From contig OY969767.1 of NCBI GenBank assembly GCA_963702895.1, positions 480,001-544,000 of the forward strand: a stretch of DNA of 64,000 nt, read 5' to 3'. This DNA comes from an uncultured Elusimicrobia bacterium. GTDB lineage: Bacteria; Elusimicrobiota; Elusimicrobia; 2-01-FULL-59-12. A program made the translations under genes and the position numbers. The notes under the pieces are model-generated. The model was not told the origin of the DNA and did not search any database. It saw nothing but the letters and a program-made list of their open reading frames with translations. Shown piece by piece: positions 28,307-40,200 of the stretch. Each line of letters starts with the position of its first letter. The stretch's first letter is position 1.

Positions 28307-30121
28307 CCCAAATAATCCGATAAGCCACCCCTGACGTCATCCCCCGCGGCCGTCAGCGGGGGATCCATCGACGGCCTTGGTGTAGGTGTTGGTGGCGGGA
28401 TCGAAGACGAAGGGTTTCACTTATTGGGTGAAAAATGAGGGGTCAACACAGGAGGCTTTGAAAAAGGGTGCAGCGCGTGATTTTACAGCGACGCGCAGAG
28501 GCAATAAAATACCTCGCAAGCCAGAGTGGAATCTGAACTGCGAGGTGCTTTTATGTTACTGAAGAACTTGGACGTATACAAGGTCTCGACGACGGATCAA
28601 GCGGTGACGAGTTTTGCAGGGCTGCCGTTGTTGTTGGGGACGGCACGGAGCCTGGGGTTGGAGGAGCGGCTCAATGCGCTGCCGGTGAAGGAGCGGGCGC
28701 GGGGATACGATCCTGCCGAGAGTATTTTGGGGTTGATGGGATCGATCCAGGCGGGCGGGGAAGCGCTCGAAGACATCGGGCTGCTGCAAGGGGACGAGGG
28801 GATACGGCGCTTGCTGGGGGATTTTCCGGCAGCGAACACGTTGGGCGAATTTCTTCGGCGTTTTGGGCGCAAGACGATTCATGGGTTGGGATGGGTCCAG
28901 CTCAAGACGGCGGCGAAGGTGATCCGGGCCTGCGAGCTGTCTATTGTGACGATCGATATCGACGCTTATTTTTTGGAGTCACAGAAGGAAGGCGTCTTGA
29001 TGAATTACGATGGACTGGAAGGGTATTGTCCGGTGATGGTCAGTTGCGCGGAGCTGAAGATGCCGCTGGCCGGGGCGTTTCGGGCAGGCAATGCGAGCCC
29101 GATGGCGAACCTGGCGAGTTTGTTGCGGCGGGTCTTGCGGCAGTTTTCCGGTTTGCGGATGAGGGCGCGCTCAGACAGCGCGGGGTATCAGGCGAAGGTG
29201 GTTCGGGAATTGGATCGGGCCGGGGTGGACTTCACCATCACGGCGCGCAAGGATGATGCCGTTTTGGAAGCGATTCGGTCGATTCCGGAGAAGGCCTGGA
29301 AGAAGTACAACTCGCCGGTCTATCCCCATAAGGGATCTGAGATTGCCGAGACGGTGCATGCTTTTGGGGAGGCGGACAAGGATATCGCCGCATTTCGGTT
29401 GGTCGTGGTGCGCTGGCAGCAGGAGCCGCAAGGCGAGCTTTTCGATAAGGAGCACTTTGAATACCATGCGGTGGCGACGCGGTTCACATGGGAACCGGGA
29501 TTGGTTCTGCAATTTCACCGTAACCGGCAGGATGGGTCGGAGAACGTGAACCGGGAGATGAAGAGCGAGGGTGGGTTTGGATTATCCAAGCTGCCGTGCC
29601 GGGATTTTATGGCCAATGCCGCCTATTTCCAGATCGCGATGTTGGCGTCGGTGGTCACGGCAGCCTTCAAGCATTTGGTTCTGCCGAAAGCCTGGCAGAG
29701 CTTCACGATCCAGACGCTGCGGCACCGGCTGATCCGCTTGGCCGGGACAGTGTGCCGGAAGTCGCGCTATCTGTGGTTAAAGATTCCGGAAAACTACCCG
29801 TTCCGGCGGGTTTTTGAAGAGGCGCGCTATGGCGTGTTGGGGCTGTCTGTGGTGATCGCGTCTACCGGTTGATTGACGGGACGGCGACACCGAAGGCATC
29901 GACGGAGGGAAAGAACCGAACAGAGGGTCGGAGCGGCGAAAACTGCCGCAAAAGGCCGACAATTGATCAGACGGTAGTCTGAACCGCCTCCGAGGGAAGC
30001 CAAGGGTACCCGAAGCAGGCGAGAAACCTGGTCGCCGCGGCGACCGAGCGGTGAAAAATTGGGACCTATGTGTGGCCTACGTCAAAACGCAGCGCTGCAG
30101 AAAATTACCGGAGCTTTTGGG
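28307..30121 (+). mobile_element. IS1380 family element
   Basis: Imperfect IRs CCCAAATAATCCGATAA / TTACCGGAGCTTTTGGG; ACATAT direct repeat at 28301-28306 and 30122-30127. Confidence 0.75.
28553..29872 (+). CDS. IS1380 family DDE transposase
   Basis: TSFAGLPL, IDID, GYCP, FRAGNA, RSDSAGY, ENVNREMK, ANAAYF, TLRHRLI. Confidence 0.9.
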   Translation: MLLKNLDVYKVSTTDQAVTSFAGLPLLLGTARSLGLEERLNALPVKERARGYDPAESILGLMGSIQAGGEALEDIGLLQGDEGIRRLLGDFPAANTLGEFLRRFGRKTIHGLGWVQLKTAAKVIRACELSIVTIDIDAYFLESQKEGVLMNYDGLEGYCPVMVSCAELKMPLAGAFRAGNASPMANLASLLRRVLRQFSGLRMRARSDSAGYQAKVVRELDRAGVDFTITARKDDAVLEAIRSIPEKAWKKYNSPVYPHKGSEIAETVHAFGEADKDIAAFRLVVVRWQQEPQGELFDKEHFEYHAVATRFTWEPGLVLQFHRNRQDGSENVNREMKSEGGFGLSKLPCRDFMANAAYFQIAMLASVVTAAFKHLVLPKAWQSFTIQTLRHRLIRLAGTVCRKSRYLWLKIPENYPFRRVFEEARYGVLGLSVVIASTG

Positions 30122-30170
30122 ACATATTTGACCACTTGCACGGTAGGCGCTAATGTGTTAAACTAACCGC

Positions 30171-30461
30171 GTGATCAAGGACTTTGGCGATGCTAGTTCA
30201 GAGGACTTCTTTCATGGGGTTTCTTCGAAGGCGGCGCGTAAGATCCCGCAAAATCTGGCATCTGTCGCGCATCGAAAATTGGACATGCTGAATGCCGCTC
30301 AAACACTGGCTGATTTGACAGCGCCTCCCGCCAACCGATTGGAAGCTTTGAAAGGGGACCGGAAGGGTTACCACAGTATCCGGGTCAACGATCAATTTCG
30401 GGTTATTTTTAGGTGGGTGGACGGCCATGCCCATGAGGTCCAGATCGTTGATTATCATTAG
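30171..30461 (+). CDS. higB: HigB/RelE-like toxin
   Basis: RKLDMLNAA...PPANRLEALKGDRKGYHSIRVNDQFR...IVDYH. Confidence 0.93.
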   Translation: MIKDFGDASSEDFFHGVSSKAARKIPQNLASVAHRKLDMLNAAQTLADLTAPPANRLEALKGDRKGYHSIRVNDQFRVIFRWVDGHAHEVQIVDYH

Positions 30462-30490
30462 ACGGAAAGTCATCGAGAAAGGAGGCTAGA

Positions 30491-30763
30491 ATGATCCCAT
30501 CCCACCGCGAACCCACTCATCCCGGGGAGGTGCTTCTGCAGGAGTTTTTGAAGCCCCTGAAAGTGAGCCAAAGCGCGCTAGCGGCCAAGCTGGGGGTTTC
30601 ACTCCAGCGGGTGAATACCTTAATCAATGGCAAGCGCGATATCACGGCGGAAACTGCCGTGCTCCTGGCTCAATTCTTTAAGACCACACCTGAATTCTGG
30701 ATGAATCTGCAGGTTGCCTGCGACCTCTACGAGGCCAAAAAGCGTCTGCTCCATGCGGCATAG
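30491..30763 (+). CDS. higA: HigA HTH antitoxin
   Basis: THPGEVLLQEFLKPL...ITAETA...TTPEFWMNLQ..DL. Confidence 0.93.
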   Translation: MIPSHREPTHPGEVLLQEFLKPLKVSQSALAAKLGVSLQRVNTLINGKRDITAETAVLLAQFFKTTPEFWMNLQVACDLYEAKKRLLHAA

Positions 30764-31269
30764 AACGGTGACGCAGCGCCCTAGGCCATAAGGACCGCTC
30801 CTCGGAAATTCGGTAAGTGTGTAACACCCCCTGCCCGGGCGTAAGCTCCGGCGGGGGGGTGTATTGTTGGACCGAGCTAGCGTGTCGGCGAATGGACGAA
30901 CCGGCGAATCGGCGCACCGGCGAACCGGCGAGTGGGCGAGACGGCGACCCGCCTACGCTAAAGCTACGGCGGGCAAGCCCGGAGAAGCGGCGAACCGGAA
31001 CGGCGGCAGACCGGAGCGGCGGCTTGCCGGAGTGGCGGTGAGTGGTAGCCTTAATAAAAGAGTACCTATCACCGATGTTCTGGAGGGCCGATTCTCTGGA
31101 GGGCCGATGTTCGGGAGCGCCGACAAGGAGACCCGCCTACGCTCAAGCTACGGCGGGCAAGCCCGGGGACGGCGGGCGAAGTGCAATATGTTTGGGCGCC
31201 TTTGACGTTTGATAGACACGCCTATTAAATATACTAGACAGATCTATTATATTCTGCTATCCTTGCAGC

Positions 31270-32433
31270 ATGCTGACCCGGGAATTTGTTCGAACGTTGG
31301 TCCAACGAATGCGGGAACCCTCGCCGCTCATTCAAGTGGTCTTAGGACCGCGCCAGGTGGGGAAGACCACCGGCGTGCTGCAGATGAAAGAGACGTATGC
31401 CGGGCCATCGTTTTACGCGACGGCCGATGACACCTTGTCCGTCTCCAACCGGTGGATCCAGGAGCAATGGCAGGCCGCGCTGGAAAAGGGCCCTGGGACG
31501 GTGCTCATCATCGATGAGATTCAGAAGATCCAGAACTGGGCGGAAGTGATCAAGCGGCTTTGGGACGCCCAGGCGCGTTCTTCCCAAAAGTTGAAGTGCG
31601 TGCTGCTGGGGTCTAGTTCGCTCACCCTGCAAAAGGGACTCACGGAGAGCCTGGCGGGCCGCTTTGAGCTCGTGGCGGTGCATCACTGGAGCTACCCGGA
31701 ATGGCACGAAGCCTTCGGGGACGACCTGGAGGCGTTCTTGCGTTACGGCGGGTACCCCGCGGCGCACGCCTATCAGAACGACTACCCCCGGTGGTTCTCC
31801 TATCTGAAGTCTTCCGTCGTCGATATGGTGGTCGGCCAGGATATCCTGGCCCAGCAAACCGTTGCCAAACCAGCACTCTTCCGACAGGCATTCGAAATTC
31901 TTTGCGGCTATCCGGCGCAGGAGGTCAGTTACACCACACTTTTGGGACAACTTCACGACCGCGGCAATACCGATCTGGTCAAACATTATCTGGAACTCTA
32001 TGAAGGAGCCTTTCTTTTTCGTGGATTGGCCAAATATTCCGGGAAAATCGTCAAGAGCAGGACCTCCAGCCCTAAAATACTCCCGATGTGCCCGGCGCTC
32101 TATACGCTGGCGGCGGGCCCCCGAGCCCTCAATGACCCGGAAAAAAGAGGCCATCTCTTTGAGGCCGTGGTGGGGATGGATCTGCTGCGAATTCCGGGGG
32201 CCCGCGTGTTTTATTGGCGCGACGGCGCTCACGAAGTGGATTTTGTCGTTGAGCAGGAGGATCGGCTGTATGCGGTCGAAGTAAAGTCCGGGCGCCGCCG
32301 AGCGGTGGCGGGGCTGTCCGTCTTTCAGACACACTTCCGTGCCGCCAAAGTCTGCCTGATTAGACCGGAAAACTATATCGCGTTCTCCCAATCCGCCGCC
32401 GCGTTTTTACAATCGATGTCGGCGGAATCATAG
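31270..32433 (+). CDS. AAA_14/DUF4143 ATPase with C-terminal PD-(D/E)XK-like motif
   Basis: GPRQVGKT, IIDEIQ, LGSS, ESLAGRF, EVDFV...AVEVKSG. Confidence 0.9.
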   Translation: MLTREFVRTLVQRMREPSPLIQVVLGPRQVGKTTGVLQMKETYAGPSFYATADDTLSVSNRWIQEQWQAALEKGPGTVLIIDEIQKIQNWAEVIKRLWDAQARSSQKLKCVLLGSSSLTLQKGLTESLAGRFELVAVHHWSYPEWHEAFGDDLEAFLRYGGYPAAHAYQNDYPRWFSYLKSSVVDMVVGQDILAQQTVAKPALFRQAFEILCGYPAQEVSYTTLLGQLHDRGNTDLVKHYLELYEGAFLFRGLAKYSGKIVKSRTSSPKILPMCPALYTLAAGPRALNDPEKRGHLFEAVVGMDLLRIPGARVFYWRDGAHEVDFVVEQEDRLYAVEVKSGRRRAVAGLSVFQTHFRAAKVCLIRPENYIAFSQSAAAFLQSMSAES

Positions 32434-32771
32434 AGACGCGATAGAGGGCAAGTCCAGCCCTCAGTCAATCGCTCAGTTCTCCATAAAGAGCTCCTCGCCA
32501 GGCCTATGTCGGGGACCGTGAAAACAAAGATACCAGCCAGGCCCTAGCGCCTCGGCCTATTGTGAACGGCCATCGCCCTCCTTCAAGTCATGGAGAGCGG
32601 TGGCCGGCGCTTTTGTTTGGACGAACCGGCGAATCGGCGAACCGGCGAATGGAAGGAACGGCAGTGCAGAGCGAACAGAGAAGAACGAGCAGCTGAGAGC
32701 TTTGCGCTGTTCTCTGCGCGATGCCATATCGCCGGGACGCCGGTTCCCCGTTTCGCCGATTCCTCGATGCT

Positions 32772-34745
32772 TTATTCGTACCGCAGGGCTTCTATGGGTG
32801 AGAGGAGCGAGGCTTTTCGGGCGGGCCAGAAGCCGAAGAGAACGCCTGTCCCAGCCGAAAACACAAATGCCAACACGACCGATGAGGTCGTGACGTCCGT
32901 TGCCCAACCCGCAAAAGAGGTCATGACCATCGACACCCCGACGCCCAGGCTGATGCCGATGAGTCCTCCCAGGGTGGATAGGACCACGGATTCCATCAGG
33001 AACTGGGCCAGGATCGCCCGCCGGGCCGCCCCGACCGCCTTGCGCAGGCCGATCTCCCGGGTGCGCTCGCTCACCGAGACGAGCATGATGTTCATGATGC
33101 CGATGCCTCCCACCAGGAGCGAGATCGCCGCCACAATACCCAAAAGAAGCGTGAAGGTCTGCGTGGTCCCTTGCAGGGCCGCCTGGATATCGGCCATATT
33201 GCGCAACTCAAAATCATTATCCTTGTAAGCCGGAAGGCGGTGCTGTCTGCGCATGAGCTGCGTGACCTCTTCCATCACACCCGCCATGCTCTCCGGAGAA
33301 GCGCATTCGATATAGATATTGCTGAAGTATTTCCTGCCCAGGACGCGGTTCATGGCGGTGTTGACCGGAATGAGAATCATGTCGTCCTGGTCCCGCCAGC
33401 CGCCCGCGCCCTTGAGCGGCAGAACGCCAATCACACGGAAACCGATGCGGTTGATCTTGATGGTTTTATCCACAGGGTTTTCTTTGTCGAAGAGGTTGTT
33501 CACCACGGTCTGCCCGAGGAGGCACACGCGCTCCTGCCTCTGGTTTTCCTCTTCCGTAAAGAAGCGGCCATAATACGGGCGGGCGTTGCGCATGACTTCA
33601 TACACCGGCGAGGCCCCGGTGAGTTGGGTGTTGACGTTTTTGCCCGCGTAGACGGCCTGCACGCTTCCCTGGATGTTGCCATCGACATGCAGGATGTCGG
33701 GGCTCGCACGCGGGATCGCCTTGAGATCGTCCTCGGTCAGCCGGCTGAAGCTGCCCACGGGACCGGAAACGCCATGCATCATGGGGAATGCCGGATGGAG
33801 CATCAAGAGGTTGGATCCTAAGCCTGCCAAGCGCGATTCAATGGCTTTCTGCGCGCCTTTTCCGATCGCCAGCATCGCGATGACGGCGGAGACCCCGATC
33901 AAGATGCCCAGCATCGAAAGGCCTGAGCGCAGCTTGTTCGCCACAATCGCGCGCAGGGCGGAACCAAAGTTCTCTTTAAATTCCGCCCAGAGAATGAACA
34001 GGACAGAATGAGAGGAGAAAAAAACGGGTTTCGGAATGTCCCGCCCTTCACCCTTCACCCCTCGCTTTTCAGAAGACTGCTGGTCATCCGTGATTCGCCC
34101 GTCCTTAAGATGAATGACGCGCCGGGCGTGCGCCGCGATGTCCGGATCGTGCGTGACGAGAATCACGGTGATGCCGGCCTGATTGAGGAGCTGGAGGATC
34201 TCCAGGATCTCTTCGGCCTGCTCCGAAGCCAGGTTTCCAGTCGGCTCATCCGCAAAGACGATCCGCGGCCGGTTCACGAGCGCCCGGGCAATCGCGACGC
34301 GCTGCTGCTGGCCGCCGGAGAGCTGATTGGGCCAGTGGCCCATCCGGTCCCCGAGCCCTACGCGGTTTAAGAGCTCTTTCGCCCGTTCTTGGCGGTTGGC
34401 GGTGCCGGAATAGATCATGGGCAGAAGCACGTTTTCAAGGGCGCTCGTGCGGGGGAGCAGGTTAAACATCTGAAAGATGAACCCGATGGTCTTGGAGCGC
34501 AGGAGGGCCCCTTCGTCATCGGAGAGCTGGGAAACATCGCGGCCGTCAAGCTTGTAGGTCCCGCAGGTGGGCCGGTCGAGAAGCCCCAGGATCTGCATCA
34601 GCGTGGACTTGCCGGAGCCGGAAGGGCCCACGATCGCGACGAATTCGCCTTCCTCAATAATCAGGGAAATGTCTTTAAGAACGTTCAGCTCGCCATCGGC
34701 GACCTGGTACGAGCGGCCGATGCCCCGGAGCTCGATTTGAGACAT
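32772..34745 (-). CDS. macB: MacB-type ABC transporter (ATPase-permease fusion)
   Basis: [46 protein letters not shown]. Confidence 0.95.
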   Translation of the reverse strand: MSQIELRGIGRSYQVADGELNVLKDISLIIEEGEFVAIVGPSGSGKSTLMQILGLLDRPTCGTYKLDGRDVSQLSDDEGALLRSKTIGFIFQMFNLLPRTSALENVLLPMIYSGTANRQERAKELLNRVGLGDRMGHWPNQLSGGQQQRVAIARALVNRPRIVFADEPTGNLASEQAEEILEILQLLNQAGITVILVTHDPDIAAHARRVIHLKDGRITDDQQSSEKRGVKGEGRDIPKPVFFSSHSVLFILWAEFKENFGSALRAIVANKLRSGLSMLGILIGVSAVIAMLAIGKGAQKAIESRLAGLGSNLLMLHPAFPMMHGVSGPVGSFSRLTEDDLKAIPRASPDILHVDGNIQGSVQAVYAGKNVNTQLTGASPVYEVMRNARPYYGRFFTEEENQRQERVCLLGQTVVNNLFDKENPVDKTIKINRIGFRVIGVLPLKGAGGWRDQDDMILIPVNTAMNRVLGRKYFSNIYIECASPESMAGVMEEVTQLMRRQHRLPAYKDNDFELRNMADIQAALQGTTQTFTLLLGIVAAISLLVGGIGIMNIMLVSVSERTREIGLRKAVGAARRAILAQFLMESVVLSTLGGLIGISLGVGVSMVMTSFAGWATDVTTSSVVLAFVFSAGTGVLFGFWPARKASLLSPIEALRYE

Positions 34746-35740
34746 TAAGGACGTCCACCACCGGATGAGCGCTGGCTCTGTTGACTGCTTTGTCGGGGGC
34801 CGCCCATGATGAGCGGGCTCTGGGAGGCGGCCTTCTGAGGCGTGTAGCGCTTTTGAACGATGAGCACTTTTTCTCCCGCTTTGAGGCCGCTCGTGATTTC
34901 CACCTGGTCCGCCGTTTGCAGCCCGACTTGAACGGGTCGCAGGCCCGGCTTGCCCTCCGGCCCTGGCACCATCACGTGATGTGCTCCCGCGGAGGACTCT
35001 TGAACGGCCGCCGCGGGCAGGATCACGACGAGGTCTTTTTTCTTCGAGATCAGCCGGATATTGGCTGTCATCTGAGACCGGAAAAAGGCGGGGACATTCT
35101 TCGGCTCAATCTTGACCCCGTAGGTGATGACGCTTGACACATTCTTGCCCTCGAACAGAATTTGAAAGACCTTGCCCTGGATCGGATGTTCGGGATAGGA
35201 GTCGAGCGTGATGGTCGCGGACATGCCTGGCTTGACCCGCCCGATGTCGGATTCGTCGACATCGGCCTGGACGATGAGCTTATCGGACATGGCGTAAAGC
35301 ACGGTGCTTGCGTCGACGGTCTGTCCGACCACCACATTGCGCAGAATGATGACGCCGGACAAGGGCGCCACGATCGGAGTGGGCTTGTAAGCGTCCTGCC
35401 ATTTCTGCACTTTCTTGGGTCCTTGCGCGCGCGCGGCATCCAGGATCGCGGCGCGGTCGGAAGAGCTCATCCAGGCGAGAATGTCTCCCGCCGCGACGTG
35501 GCCGCCTTCATCAACCAAGAGTTGTTCCACGCGGCCCGAGATCGGCGGTTTGATCTCGACGCGGTTGAGCGGCTGCACCGTCCCGGTCGCCTCCACCGCG
35601 TCTTCGATAGAACCCAGGACGGCCTCGACGACTTGCGTTCGCTCCACCATCTTCTGGCTGCCGGCCTGGGTGCGATACACCATCACACCCGCCAAGCCGA
35701 GGATCAAGAGGAACACGAAGAAGACCAGTATTCGTTTCAT
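34745..35740 (-). CDS. macA: MacA-type periplasmic adaptor
   Basis: N-terminal TM, ATGTVQP, ISGRV, APLSGVI, VDESDIG, GLKAGEKV. Confidence 0.9.
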   Translation of the reverse strand: MKRILVFFVFLLILGLAGVMVYRTQAGSQKMVERTQVVEAVLGSIEDAVEATGTVQPLNRVEIKPPISGRVEQLLVDEGGHVAAGDILAWMSSSDRAAILDAARAQGPKKVQKWQDAYKPTPIVAPLSGVIILRNVVVGQTVDASTVLYAMSDKLIVQADVDESDIGRVKPGMSATITLDSYPEHPIQGKVFQILFEGKNVSSVITYGVKIEPKNVPAFFRSQMTANIRLISKKKDLVVILPAAAVQESSAGAHHVMVPGPEGKPGLRPVQVGLQTADQVEITSGLKAGEKVLIVQKRYTPQKAASQSPLIMGGPRQSSQQSQRSSGGGRP

Positions 35741-36990
35741 CACAGGTGCTCTCCAAGCGGCTCGCCCAGCGCCAGGCGCCACCTTGCTTCGGCAAGGACC
35801 GCGTCACGGCGGGCCCGCAAATCCGAGCGTTCCGAGTTGGCGTAGTCGATCACGATCAACTCCCAATCATTGAAGGAAAGAAGGCCGCCTTCGTAGCGAA
35901 TGTCCGATTCCTCGCGCCGCTGCCGGGCGGCTTCCAGAAAAGCGCGCTGCACTTGCACTTGGTCCTGGGCGCCCGCGTAATTAGACCAGGCCGCTTCCAT
36001 CTCCGTCCGGACTTGAAAGCGGGTGGATTGTAAATCGTACTCTGTTTTTTCGACATTTTGACGGGCTTCCGACATCGCAAAATAAGTCGCGGTAGGGCCC
36101 TCCCCGAAAAGCGGATAGCTCACCACTCCCGCCGCGGTCCAGGAGGGGTTCGAAGGGAAAAAGCTCTCGCCTGTGAAGCTCCGCGTATAGGAAGCCGAAA
36201 GCGTGGGGAAAAGGGGGCTCTCGGCCGCAAGGAGCGCGGCCTTCGCTTGAGCGAGAGCCGCTCTTTGAGCGATCACCTTCGGGTGGAGTTCCATCAAAGG
36301 CGTGATATCGTGCGGAAATTCAGGAAGGCGTGCAGCGGCCAATGCCCCTTTGGCGGTGAGTTCCGTAAAGTTCTCCCCGCCGAGCACTTCGTTCAAGGTT
36401 TGCCGCGCAACCCTAAGATCCCGAACGGACTGGGAAACGTCCGCTTCCGCTTGGGTGAATTCAGCGGAGGTGCGCATGCGGTTGCCTTTGGACTCGCGGC
36501 CTGATTTGTATCGCAAACTGATCAGGTCCGCGTTGTGTTTCCAAACCTCCCGAATGCGTCGCGCGACGCCAATTTGTTCCTGAGCAAAAAGAAGACCGGC
36601 AAAGGCCTGATGAAGATCGGAAAGAACATTGGAAGAGGTGAGATGATAGCGAGCGAGGCTCTGATCCAGGCTGGCCGAGGCCGAGCGTATGGAAGCGTAA
36701 TCGTCGAGATTGAAGAGGTTGAGGCTGGCGGTGCCGCCTGTCCTCCAACGCGAGAGGGGCGACGTATCGCTGCCATCGGAGAGGCTCGCGTTGAGCGACA
36801 ATTTTGGCAAAATACCGTTATAGCTTCCGGAATATTGAGAGCGGCTGGCCTCAGCGCTCTTCCGCGCGGAGAGGAGATTCGGATTGCGAAGGTTTGTCAG
36901 GCGCATGCAGTCCTTCCAGGTGAGCGGTTCCTGGGCGCTGGCCAGAGCGGTCAAGCTAAAAATATAAAACGCTATTAAATAACGAATCAT
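35740..36990 (-). CDS. TolC family outer-membrane factor
   Basis: Signal peptide, two OEP repeats, RYKSG/RYEGG. Confidence 0.88.
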   Translation of the reverse strand: MIRYLIAFYIFSLTALASAQEPLTWKDCMRLTNLRNPNLLSARKSAEASRSQYSGSYNGILPKLSLNASLSDGSDTSPLSRWRTGGTASLNLFNLDDYASIRSASASLDQSLARYHLTSSNVLSDLHQAFAGLLFAQEQIGVARRIREVWKHNADLISLRYKSGRESKGNRMRTSAEFTQAEADVSQSVRDLRVARQTLNEVLGGENFTELTAKGALAAARLPEFPHDITPLMELHPKVIAQRAALAQAKAALLAAESPLFPTLSASYTRSFTGESFFPSNPSWTAAGVVSYPLFGEGPTATYFAMSEARQNVEKTEYDLQSTRFQVRTEMEAAWSNYAGAQDQVQVQRAFLEAARQRREESDIRYEGGLLSFNDWELIVIDYANSERSDLRARRDAVLAEARWRLALGEPLGEHL

Positions 36991-36997
36991 TTTGCAT

Positions 36998-37025
36998 TAG
37001 ACGGGTCGTCAAGAAAATTTGTTCC
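36998..37025 (-). promoter_or_regulatory. ECF-sigma-type promoter GGAAC-N17-CGTCTA directly before tolC
   Basis: Matches the general ECF consensus; ATG lies 8 nt downstream and there is no RBS. Confidence 0.6.
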
Positions 37026-37137
37026 TTCAACCCCAACCTAACAGATAGAGTCTAATAGTCCTATGATTTCCGTGCAAGGGGAAATCCAGAAAGAGGATGG
37101 TCCCGATCATGGAACCATTAGCCGAAATTCTTCAGTT

Positions 37138-37222
37138 CGTCACCCCGGAGATCCGTAATCCGGGGTCCATCATCGACGTAAAAGACATGATGGATCCCGG
37201 CTGACGGCATGCCGGGATGACG
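37138..37222. repeat. CGTC-type REP doublet
   Basis: CGTCACCCCGG...CCGGGGTCCATC...GATGGATCCCGG...CCGGGATGACG. Confidence 0.88.
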
Positions 37223-37279
37223 GCACAAAGAAGGTCCGACGTCTCAGTCGATAAACCACGTCCAATAGAACTTTTCCGA

Positions 37280-40200
37280 TTAGGAATGCGGCTCCCCGAG
37301 TTCCTTGAGGGCCTCTTTGAGATCGCGGTCGTGCCGGTGGGATTCCAGGTGGGACAATAAGCTGTAGGCGGCCGGGACGACAAACAGCGTTAATAGAGTC
37401 GACAAAAGCACACCGCCGATGACGACCTGAGCCATCGGAGCGCGTATTTCGGCCCCTGCGCCCACAGCCATGGCCGTAGGGATGGCTGCCGACATCGTGG
37501 ACACAGAGGTCATAATGATTGGACGCAGACGGATGGGACAGGCTTCCAGAAGGGCCTCGCGCACGCCAAGGCCTGCCTTGCGGCGTTCATTTGTGAAATC
37601 GACTAGCAAAATAGAATTCTTTTTGACGATTCCCATGAGCAGAATGAGCCCTATCGCGCTATAGAGGCTGAGCGAGCTTCCTGTCATCCAGAGAGCCAGA
37701 AAAGCTCCCACGATGCTGAAGGGCAAAGCCAGAAGCACCGTGAAAGGATGGATGAAACTGTTGTACTGGCTGGCGAGGACCATATAGGCGACAAAAAGCC
37801 CAAGAACGAAAACGAAAAGGAGTCCTTTGTTCGACTCTCCATACGTGGCCGCGCTTCCGGAGAACACCATCCGGCTGCCTTCGGGTAAGAGTTGTGATGC
37901 GATCTCCTGCATTTTCCCGAGGGCTTCTCCTTGCGAGTGGCCCGGGGCGACATTGGCAAAGAGCCGAATCGCTCGCTGACGGTCTTTGCGCGTGATAGAC
38001 ACAAGGGAAGGCTTTTCTTTGAGCGTGACAACCTCGTCCAGGGGCACGACTTCCCCGCGGTTGTTGCGCACCCAGATGTTCCGGATATCTTTGGGCTGCT
38101 GCCGGTCTTTGTCCACGAGGCGCACGCGGATGTCATAGCGCCTTCCGCCGCGCGTGTATTTGCCAATCCGAACGCCGCCGATCATGGCGTTGACAGCATT
38201 GCCAATGGACTCCATGGTCACGCCGCGAGCCGCCGCTTTTTTGCGGTCCGGCTCGACACGGATTTCAGGCTGGCCCAGGCGATAGTCCGTGTCGACATCC
38301 ACCATGAACCCGGACTCCTTCATGCGACTCTGGAATTGTTCCGAAAGATCAGCCAGGACGTCCCAGTCCCGTCCCAGAAGCGCGACTTCGACAGGAAATC
38401 CTCGTTGGGCAGAGAATCCCTGCTGAGAGAGATCCTGCACAATCGTACGTTTCACGCCGGGGACCTGACTGAACTCGTTTCTGGCCCAGCCCATCACGTC
38501 CGCCTGCGTATAGCGTTTCTTTGTTTTTGGATTGAGAGGTCTTTCGGATTTAGGCTTGAGCGTCATAAAGAGATTTCCGGTGTCTGTTTCTCCTCCCCCA
38601 AAACCGCCGACCGCGCAAAAATAACGAGCGAGCGCCGGGTGCTCGAGCGCTTTGGACTCGATCTGCTGGAAAACGCGATCCGTGAAATCGATCGAAGACC
38701 CTACGGGGGCCTGAATCCGAACGAGGAACCGGCTTTGGTCCTGGGAGGGGACAAACTCTTTCTTGACCACGCGCGCGACGTAAAACACGGACGAAAAGAT
38801 CGCGGCCGACACCAGGACCGTCGTCCATGGAAAATCCAAGACCCGGATGAGCGTCCGATGATAAAGGGCGCTCAGGCGATCCATCGACCGGTCCAAGGCT
38901 TGACCGATTCGCGTGGTATGACCGACTTCGAGAAACTGGGAGCAACGCATCGGCGCAATGGAAAGCGCCTCGACCAGCGACAGAGCGACCGCGACGGACA
39001 TCGTGACGCCGAACTGATACAAGAACTTGCCCACAATGCCCGGCATGAAGATCACGGGGATAAAGATCGCGAGGATCGCGGTGGTGGCCGCGATCGCCGC
39101 TGACGTGATTTCTCTGGCCCCCGCGATCGCGGCCCGCATGCGAGAGTGACCCTGTTCTCGGTAGCGCACGATATTTTCGAGCACCATGATCGCATCGTCG
39201 ACCACAATGCCAATCGCAAGGGTCAGGCCGAGCATCGTAAACGTGTTCAGTGTAAAACCCAGGAAATAAAAGATCGTAAAGGCCCCCACGATGGAGACCG
39301 GTATGGCCAGGAGAACATTCACCGTCGAACTCCAAGACCCCAAAAACACCCAGCAAACCAGTCCCGTCAGAAGGGAGGCCAGGATCAGATGCAGCTTGAG
39401 CTCATGCGTCGACTCCTCAATAAACTGGGTCGTGTCAAAGACGACATTTAAGTCCGTGTTCGCCGGGAGCGACTTTTTGAGGGCCGCGATCCGGTCTTTG
39501 ACCGCGCGGGCGACCTCCACGGCGTTGGAGCCGCGCTGCTTGCGGATGCCCAGGCCCACCGCCGATTCACCCTGGCTTCGCGAGATGCGCCGAATATCAT
39601 CCAACCCATCTTCCACCGATCCGATATCTCGAATCCGGAACGTCCGCCAAAGAGGAGAGCCTCCTTGGCGGGCGGGGATGATGATGTCCTCAAACTCTTC
39701 GACTGTTGCCGCTTCACCCATGACCCGGATGTTCAGCTCTTGTTTTGGTGTTTCGATGCGGCCGGCTGGCACCTCGGAATGCTGAGTCCGTACAGTCTGG
39801 ATGATGTCATCGACGGTGAGCTCCCTCGAGCGCATCTGGTCTTGATCCAGCCAGACCCGGAGGTTCGGTTCGATATAACCGCCTAAGAAGACCTCGCCGA
39901 CGCCCGGCACGGTGGTGAACGCATCTTTCAAGCGGTCTTTGGTGAACTCCATCAGGAACTTGCGGTCCCGCTGGCCCGTGAAGGCGACCCACATAATGGG
40001 TTGGTCCTCCGGGTTGTTTTTGGTGACGACCGGAGGATCGATTTCAGCGGGAAGATTTCTCTGGGCCTGTGCGATTTTGGTTTGCACTTCCTGGAGCGCA
40101 ACATCAATATCACGGTTGAGGTTGAATTCGATGTTGAGGTTGGCTTGGCCTTGGCGGGAAGACGATGAGATTTCTTTGACCCCTTCGACCTGCACCACCG

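Noticed and set aside
27803..28323. ORFs with ESANRRVG/EWANRRTG repeats
   Set aside because: They are translations of the octamer array in several frames, with no RBS or family signal.
21500..32770. Classical integron or prophage
   Set aside because: No tyrosine integrase, no recognisable attC boxes and no phage genes.
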